From positions 18,947 through 82,946 of the forward strand of contig CBDEUM010000033.1 in assembly GCA_965242925.1 (NCBI GenBank): 64,000 nucleotides of DNA, in the 5' to 3' direction. The notes below the pieces were generated by a model that saw nothing but the letters and a program-made list of their open reading frames with translations, searched no databases and was not told the DNA's origin. Source of the stretch: Roseibacillus sp. (lineage in GTDB: Bacteria; Verrucomicrobiota; Verrucomicrobiia; Verrucomicrobiales; Akkermansiaceae). Shown here piece by piece: positions 56,401 through 64,000 of the stretch (position 1 is its first letter; every line of letters begins with the position of its first letter). A program made the position numbers and the translations under genes.

Positions 56401-58015
56401 CAGCTTTTCACCATCGGGCTTTTCGAACTCTGGGACGACGGTTTTGTCAAACTGGATCCGGTCCAGTTCAACCTGATCCCGACCTACGACAACAACGATA
56501 TCAAGGAACTCGCCCGCGTCATGACCGGCATGAGCTGGAGCACCAACAGCGCCAGCGCGGACAACTGGAACTCACCTAATCTCAACTCCGACAACCCGCC
56601 ATCCGGTTGGTACGACGATTCTCCCGGCAACAGCTGGTATTCCTCCCGCTACAACTACCCCATGGCCTTCTACGAGAACCGGCATGACAGGGGGAACAAG
56701 ACCATCGTGGGGGGCGTAGTCATCAGCAACAACGGCAGGTCAAACGGCCGCTACCGGAACGAGGGGGACAAGGACCTGCGAGACGTCCACAACCTGCTGG
56801 CTGGCACCCAACTCAACACCACATCCAAGTCCTTCGCTCCGACCTGGTCAAGGGACCCCATGGTTAATCACCAGACCACCCCGGTCTTCATTGCCTACCG
56901 GCTCATCCAGCGACTGGTCACCAGCAACCCCTCCGGCCCTTATCTCTACCGGGTGGCCCAGACCTGGCGGAACACCAACGGCCAACTCGATGACGTGGTG
57001 CGGGCCATCCTGCTGGACCCTGAAGCACGCAACCTGAGCATATCCGAACTCCATCCGGAATACGGCCGCAAGAAGGAACCCATCATCGCCTGGCTCCAGG
57101 CCCTGCGCGCGGTGGGAGGACGATCACGGATCACCTTGGACGGAAGCGTGATTCCGGGCGACCCGATCCTCCTGCCCCTCCAGGCCCATATCGGCTCCCT
57201 GACCCCGACCCGCGACGCCGACCTGCAAAACTTCGATTACCCGGCAGCCTCCCTCACCAAGTTCGAGGGCATGGTGAAACATGATGCCACCGGTCGGTTG
57301 GTTCCGACCGGTCCCGGGACGTTCGCCCGCCTGCCCGGCACTTCCTACCGCCTCCAGAATCTCGACAACGGAGGCACCACCGCCCTCGGGCAAGTGCCCC
57401 TCAGGGCGCCCTCTGTCTTTAACTGGTTCCTCCCCGGCTACAAACCCGGCGGCCTCATCGCGAGCTATGGCAAAGTGGCCCCCGAATTTCAGATCGTAAC
57501 CGAGAGCAGTGCCTTACAGAACATCAATGTTTACTGGCAATCGCATTACAACGGCAACGGGTGGAGTGCCACCAACGTGGGCGGAAACAACACCAACTCG
57601 GCCCTCGCCGGTTACGGGACGCAGCGACAATACAATAACGGATCAACCACCTATACCGACGACAACATCATCCCGGACTACTACGCCTGGATCAATCGCT
57701 ACCGGAACTATCGGATCGATCCCCGAGAACCCCATGGATGACGAACAGGAGATCGACCTTCAATTGATAGATGACCTCGACAACCTCCTGCTGGCAGGCC
57801 GCTTCAAAATCCTCTACCCGATCGATCCCGGTGATGACGGCATACCTGTGCCGCAGGGGTCCCTCACTCACTACCCGGGTCGCAATCCCCGCGAAACGCT
57901 TCTCTACTACCTGCGCGACACCTGGAGCGCCAATGACGACAACCAGATCTGGAGCAAGGTCCGGAACGCACTCTACCTCATGGCTACCAGTCCGGAATAC
58001 CTGATCCAGAAGTAA
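53451..58015 (+). CDS. Large secreted DUF1800 protein (about 1500 aa) with Ca-binding repeats, PA14, Calx-beta-like and CHRD-like domains (+1 frameshifts near 54752 and 57722)
   Basis: DSDSDGLIDSWE, PA14 (DNYG.R.RG.I.P), RFLTQATFGP, DQLRQRV.FALSE, PDENYAREIMQLFTIGL, APSVFN, SPEYLIQK. Confidence 0.88.
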
Positions 58016-58034
58016 CCCCCGCACGAAGAGCTCC

Positions 58035-59754
58035 ATGAATCCGAAAAAGAAACTGCCCCTGACCCGCCGCGCCTTCATGGCCAAGTCGGCCTGTTCCGCG
58101 ATGGGCCTGACCGGGATGGTCAATACCCTCGCACACATGAAGCTGATGCAGGGCGCGCTGGCCAACAGTTCCGGATCCCTGGGAGACTACAAGGCCCTCG
58201 TGGTCCTCTTTCTCTTCGGGGCCAAGGACGCCAATAACTTCCTCATGCCCGGTCTGCTGCATCCGGGCCGGTCCAACTATGACGCACACCGCGGGGTGCT
58301 GGCCCTGCCCACCGGGGGAAACAATCCCACCCACCCCATTGTGGCAGCCAATCTTGCGACAGCGCGATCCGCTCCGGTGGGCGCGGAGTTCTTTGAACTC
58401 CATCCGGCCCTGCCCGACGTCAAGACTCTCTTCGACGATGGCGATCTCTCCCTCGCCGCCAACGTGGGCACCCTGGTTGTTCCCACCAAGGCTTCCACTT
58501 ACGACACGGTGGCTCTTCCTCCCCAGCTCTTCTCCCACAGCGACCAGCAGAACCAATGGCAGAGCTCCCTCCCCGACAAACCCTTCCAGAGTGGCTGGTG
58601 TGGACGCATCGCAGACATCCTCCACCCCCGGAACACGGACAGCGAGATCTCCATGTCGGTCTCCCTCTCGGGCATCAACGACATCCAGGCCGGCCTCACC
58701 CAGGTCTCCCCTCAATACTCCGTGACCAAATCGGGTGCCATCAGCCTCAACGGCTACGGCACCCAGTATTCCAGTGCCCTGCGGAACTCCCAGGACAAAC
58801 ACAGCTACAAGTCAAATACCTCCGCCAAGCGCCTCAAGGCCTTCCAGGATATCATGGACTACACCCACGCCCACCTCTTTGAGGAAGGCTATACCAATGT
58901 GGTCCGCCAGGCGCGCGAGAATGAAGGCTACGTCAGCGCCTCCCTTGAGGAGGCCGGCGCATGGCTCCATCCCACTGCGGTGGACAGCCGGGGGGCGGCC
59001 TGGCCCTACATCCCGGCCACCTTCCTCATCCAGCACGGGATCGATCCCGCGACCGTCAACAGCAGCAGCAATAACGCCCTCAACATCCTGCCCAACCTCG
59101 CCCGGCAGCTCCTCAAGATCGCGCAACTCATGGCCGGACGCCCGCTGCCTCGGTAACAGGCGCCAACTCTTCTTCTGCAGCTACGGAGGGCACGACACCC
59201 ACGGGGACCAGGGTGGCTACAGCACCGGCAATGGCTATGTAGCCGGCGATCTCGACGACAACATGACCGTGCTTAATGACGCCCTCAAGGCTTTCAACGA
59301 CTGCATGCACGAACTCGAAATTTACGAGACCGGACAGGACGATGCCTTCTCCTACAACGACTTCCTCCTCGCTTCCCATTCCGATTTCAACCGCACCCTG
59401 ACGCCGAACGGCACCATTCCCGGGCCCGCCGGATCAGATCACGCCTGGGGCACGCACGTCTTCACCATGGGTGGCGACGTCAAGGGCGGCAATGTCTACG
59501 GCTACTATCCCGATCTCGACCCCGCCGGGGAGTGGAGCACGCCGGGGAGTAGTCGCGGACGCTGGATTCCGACCTGCTCGGTGGAGCAATTCAGTGCTCC
59601 CCTTGCCAGGTGGATGGGCGTAGGCGATCCCGAAATCGCAACGATCTTCCCCAATCTCGATCGTTTCACCTCACCCTTCGGAAGCACTTACAATCCTGCC
59701 AATTACAACAGCATGCTGTCCAATCCTCACATGGATTATCTCAACGGAATCTGA
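58035..59754 (+). CDS. DUF1501 family protein with Tat signal (one +1 frameshift near 59142)
   Basis: TRRAFM, DYKALV..FL.G..D.NN, P.QLFSHSDQQ, GG.DTH, SDF.RTL, GSDHAWG, GRWIPT. Confidence 0.9.
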
Positions 59755-60428
59755 TGAAACCTTCGGCGCGGAACAGCACCTGTCTTCTTCTCCTCGCCGC
59801 CGTGATGCTCACGGCTGTCCTCTTTTTCACCCTCGGGCCGGGGTCACCCGACCACGAAGCACGCACCGTCACGGGGAAGGGCCACGATGAAAATGCAGAA
59901 CAGACTCCTGCAATGATCTCCCCGGCCCCGGGATCCCATTACAGTCCTCCTTCCATCGAGGAACTCAAGAGCAACCCGCACGCCCTCGACCCCGCACCCC
60001 TTCCACTCGCTTTCGGCGCGCCACCCTTCGAACGGCAGGGCAATGGCACCATCCACAAGAAGGATGTGATGGAAATGCTGGATGCCCTCAACGAGGAAGG
60101 ACAGGAGACCGAATCCGATCTCGGACTGCTCCGCAGGACCATTGAATCCTATCGTCTGATATTTCATCAGAACCCGGTAGCAGGAGAAAACCGGGAAGTG
60201 GTCGCTGCCCTGACGGGCAGGAACCCCCACCGGTTGATATTCCTCGACCCCGCTCACCCTGCCCTCAGCGCAGGCAACGAACTTCTCGACCGCTGGGGCA
60301 CGCCCTTCCGCTTCCATCCCATTTCCGGCTCCCACATGGAGTTTTCCTCTGCCGGACCCGATGGCGCCTTCGGAACGAATGATGACATCACCCTGGAGGA
60401 GCCGGAACTCGCCCGGGAGAACTCTTAG
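59754..60428 (+). CDS. Membrane-anchored protein with a GspG-like C-terminal motif
   Basis: TGATG coupling, N-terminal TM, LLDRWGTPF...SAGPDG.FGT.DD. Confidence 0.7.
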   Translation: MKPSARNSTCLLLLAAVMLTAVLFFTLGPGSPDHEARTVTGKGHDENAEQTPAMISPAPGSHYSPPSIEELKSNPHALDPAPLPLAFGAPPFERQGNGTIHKKDVMEMLDALNEEGQETESDLGLLRRTIESYRLIFHQNPVAGENREVVAALTGRNPHRLIFLDPAHPALSAGNELLDRWGTPFRFHPISGSHMEFSSAGPDGAFGTNDDITLEEPELARENS

Positions 60429-60502
60429 CTCTGCCGGATGAGGAAGTGCCTCCCTTCAGACGGCGTTTCCATCGCGACAACCGCTCCAGTCACAGGGAAG
60501 AC

Positions 60503-62084
60503 TCAGTCACTCACCCGGACATCATCAATCGACAGGCCGCTGAAGCTGTCCGGGGTATCATCGCTGGTGAAATTCCACTCGATCAGAACAGTCTCTCCGA
60601 TCGCCTCCGGCACGATGGAGACCCGGATGGTCGTCCAACCGTTATCGAAGGCATCCATGTCGATCGGCACCTCTGCCCCCAACTGCACCAGGTCGGACGC
60701 TCTCAGGAAACGGACCCCCGCCGCATCACCAAAGCCGTCCGCATCGCGGTAGGCCTCGAAGGACAACCCGGCCTCCGGAACCCCGCTCAAATCGATGGCC
60801 GGTGAACGGAGGGAGATATCGGAATCCGGACCGTAATCACCCAGGTTGGTGGACCAGGCATTGGCCGAATCTGCAGCGCCCGCCAGAGGCCCGGTAGTCC
60901 CGGCAGGGGTTCCCAGTTCCCAACTCGTATTGGCATTTACATCATTAACCAGCGTCGTCCAGCCCACCGCGCCCTCCTCAAAATCGGTGGAATACATTAC
61001 CACCGGCGGAGGCTGGAACTCCTCGATCACGAAGTAACGTTCGGGGTCTGCCGGCCGGGCAAAGGTGAGGGTGTTCTCATCCGGGGTGGCCTCCAGGTTC
61101 TCAAAGCCACTGAAGACGGGCCAGGTGGCCGGGTCGCCGGTGAGATCGACCGAACTACGGAGATTATACCGTTTTCCCGCCTTGCTGTCCCATTTCAGAG
61201 CCAGGTCACCTCCCACCGCCGCAACCTCCAGCTCCACCCCTGCGCCGGCAAGAAGGGCCAGGTGCTTCTGGAAAACACCCGCGGGCAGGGCCTCGTTGTA
61301 GAACATCACTTCATCGATGAATCCCGAAAAGGACTCCTGGCCATCCCAGCGACCACCGATCCCAAGGGGAGTGGAGCCTCTGGGGGAAGAGCCCTCCCGA
61401 GTTGGTGAAAGGACCGATGGGGGTGAGCGAGGTTTCCCCCGCCGTGAGATCCGCAACGTAGTTCGTCCAGGTCACGTTTCCCGCACCCGTCGTGTAGGAG
61501 CCCGCCACGTAATACCAGTTGCCCACGGTGAAACTCTCCAGCACCGTATTGGTGTTTGGATCGCTGTGCGAATTCCCGATCGTGCTCCTGATCTTCATGC
61601 CCGTGCTCGGAAGCGGGCCACCCTGAGTGAGGAAATAACCACGATCGTTCCCGACCCGGGTGGACAGGATGTAGCCCAGGTTCCACTGACCTCCCGTGAT
61701 TTCCGGGTCAGTCGGTGAAAAAAGAGTTTCGAAGGAAACCGTCCGTCCCAGAGTGACCGACTCGGTGCGCAGGTAGGCTCCTTCGGCATTATCAGTTCCC
61801 GGACCCCGGTGCGTCCGCACGGCCTCTGAAGAAGGGTCAAAACCCGCTGTGCCAAGCTGCAGCTGATCGATGGTCCCACTTCCGAAAATCCGGGCGGCAA
61901 GATGGGCCACCCCTTTCTTGTCGTTCATCCGCTCCTGATCGGTGCTCCCATCGAAGCTGTAGTGGTGCATCAGGTTCGACTGGGATGCGGCCGCAGCCTG
62001 CCAGTCCGAAACCGCTGCCTGCACAAAGACGCCAGGACCAATCAGCAGAACTCCTCCCAGGCAAAGAGCAAAGTGGACTTTCAT
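60503..62084 (-). CDS. Secreted LamG-like jelly-roll protein with C-terminal beta-sandwich (one +1 frameshift at about 61384)
   Basis: Signal peptide, HYSFD, WYYVA.SY, F.G.IDEV.FYN.AL, then WELGTP...LRSPAIDL...G..IDDV.V. Confidence 0.75.
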
Positions 62085-62163
62085 AGTGTCTCATTCGCGC
62101 AGGCAACCACCGCCGACGCAACCCAAAACCGACCCTTCCGCCCGTTTACAGGATCACCAGGCT

Positions 62164-63332
62164 CTATTCCCGGGTCAACCAGGACGGCTTGAGTTCGGCG
62201 ATGGTGATCTTCTCGCAGTAGTCCCGCTCCCCGTTCTCGAAGAGACAGAGGATGTTGCCGTTTTTTCGCGATGGCGAGATCAGAGTAGCCGGCCAATCCC
62301 TCGTTAAGGACCCGACTCGCCTCCCAGCTCCTGCCCTCGTCACGGCTGAGACGCAGGGTCAGTTTCTTGCGGCTCCAGATCGAGAATCCTCCGTGGTGGT
62401 TTACAGCGGGATTCAGAAAGAGCATCTCCTTCCCGTTCAGCCTGATCATGCTCGCCTGACAGGCGGGACAGGGCAAATTCTTGTCCACCACCGGCTTGGA
62501 CCAGGTCATCCCGTGGTCCGCACTCACCGAGGTGAGCCGGTATCCAAAGGAGTAAACCCCCGGAGCCGAGGTTCGCATGTTCATGAGGAGCGATCCGTCC
62601 CGACGCTCCACGATGGTACACTCTCCATGCCGGAACTCCGGCACCCAGGGGACGACACCGCCCGGCCTGCCAGCTCTTGCCCTCCATCGTCGGAATAAAT
62701 GATGCACGGACTGCCCCCGCCCTTCGCCATCCACCTTGTGCCCGACATAGGACGGAGCAATGAGGCGGCCCTTTGCTGGTATGGATCCCGTGCACCGGGC
62801 CCGCCCCCACACCGACCGGCGACCCGCCGAAGTCTGCCTGAGGAAGTTGTCCCTTCCTGTACTCCGGCGCCTTGGGATCATCGGAGACCCTTACGAAGGG
62901 CTCCCAGCTGTTACCATCGTCCGTGCTTCTGGTGTAGAAGAGGCAGTCCGGCCCATTCCGGGTAAAGAGCAGGTGCACGGTCTTGCCGTCCTTTTCCACG
63001 ATAGGACATGGATTACCCACCCGGATCAGGGCCTCCCCTCCCTCTTCATGAATGAGGGTCTGCTTCGACCAGCTCCGGCCCTCATCCTCACTGCGCTTCA
63101 TAAGGAGATCGACGTCACCATGATCCCGCCGGTGCGTCTTGCGCCCCTCCACGAAAACCAGAATGGTTCCCTTGCCCGTCACCACCATGGTGGGAATACG
63201 GTAGGTGTGGTAGCCATCCGTTTTGCGACTGAAGATATCCTTTCGCAGGACCACGTCTTCCTCCTCAGCTGCGAGAAGGAATGTTCCGGCCAGAAGCAGA
63301 GTGACCCCCCAGCATGCATATCTCGTTCCCAT
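62164..63332 (-). CDS. Sialidase (GH33/BNR repeat) family protein, at least five +1 frameshifts
   Basis: YRIP, Asp-boxes SEDEGRSW, STDDGNSW, SADHGMTW and SRDEGRSW, R..LTL, GYSDL. Pieces alternate among the three frames. Confidence 0.85.
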
Positions 63333-63383
63333 CACGACCAACTTACTAACCCGGGGAACCGGTGCAATCAACCACCCCGCCCG

Positions 63384-64000
63384 CTACTCCTGCTCCCTGC
63401 TCGACAGCATGTCGGCAACCTGCGGAGCCTCCCGGGCCGGAAACCACTTTCGCAGGCCCGCCATCACCTGTTCGTGTTCGGGCTTGGGATCTGCCGCCAG
63501 GTTGTGCCAATCGTCGGGATCGTTCTCGTGGTCATACAGCTCCTCACTCCCATCGGCATAACGAATGTAACGCCAGCGCGGCGAGCGTAAGGCATGATTC
63601 CCACGCCCCCAGGTCGTGAGGACCGGTCGCGCCCGCTTCAGAACCTCCCCGCGCAGGCAAGGGGCCAGACTGAGCCCTTCCAGTTCCGGTTTCTTCCTGA
63701 GACCGCACAGGTCCACGAGGGTGGGATAGAGATCGAGCAGGCTAACCGGTTTCTCCCAACAGCGGCCTCCTTTGCCTGCGCCCGGTCCCGCCACGATGAG
63801 CGGCGCACGAGTCGTTTTTTCCCAGAGAGCAAACTTCTCCCAATGCTGTTTCTCTCCCAGGTGAAAGCCATGGTCCGACCAGAGCACAACGAGGGTGTTT
63901 CCGGCATGAGCCGACCGGTCGAGCGCATCCAGCAGTCGACCGATCTGAGCATCCGCAAAGGTGGCGCACGCGGCGTAAGCCTGAATCGCCCGGGGCAACT
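63384..64000 (-). CDS. Sulfatase (S1, iduronate/choline-sulfatase-like), C-terminal part (5' partial)
   Basis: WSDHGFHLGEK.HW.K..LW, D.YPTL, ELYD...DP....NLA. Confidence 0.92.
   Translation of the reverse strand, partial: LPRAIQAYAACATFADAQIGRLLDALDRSAHAGNTLVVLWSDHGFHLGEKQHWEKFALWEKTTRAPLIVAGPGAGKGGRCWEKPVSLLDLYPTLVDLCGLRKKPELEGLSLAPCLRGEVLKRARPVLTTWGRGNHALRSPRWRYIRYADGSEELYDHENDPDDWHNLAADPKPEHEQVMAGLRKWFPAREAPQVADMLSSREQE

Overview
High-GC bacterial chromosomal segment, most likely Verrucomicrobiota. This is inferred from the DUF1549/DUF1553 and DUF1800/DUF1501 pairs, planctomycete-type cytochrome c domains, YdjY, SHD1-like tails, a sulfatase and a sialidase. It holds about 50 genes: housekeeping genes (rplS, hisD, cyoE, dusB, tmk, ftsK, purU, dtd, valS, birA, nadC, fdhD), three tRNAs (Leu-TAA, Pro-TGG, Arg-TCT), a cytochrome-oxidase assembly cluster, a sugar-catabolism-like cluster and several large secreted multidomain proteins. 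I found no CRISPR array, integrase, transposase or prophage. Seven genes are broken by +1 single-base insertions, mostly in short homopolymers and including hisD; I read these as sequencing error. Best leads: (1) a circularly permuted F-type (fucose) lectin nested in a DUF1553 c-type cytochrome; (2) a DUF1800/DUF1501/GspG-like three-gene unit; (3) a Nramp-fold transporter lacking the metal-binding motif among sugar redox/TIM-barrel enzymes; (4) a displaced tRNA-Leu 5' half bounding a small insert; (5) a stand-alone phage CII-like regulator; (6) a 52-aa secreted ORF missing from the ORF track; (7) repeated leaderless-type promoter geometry. All family assignments come from recognising motifs by eye; no searches were run.
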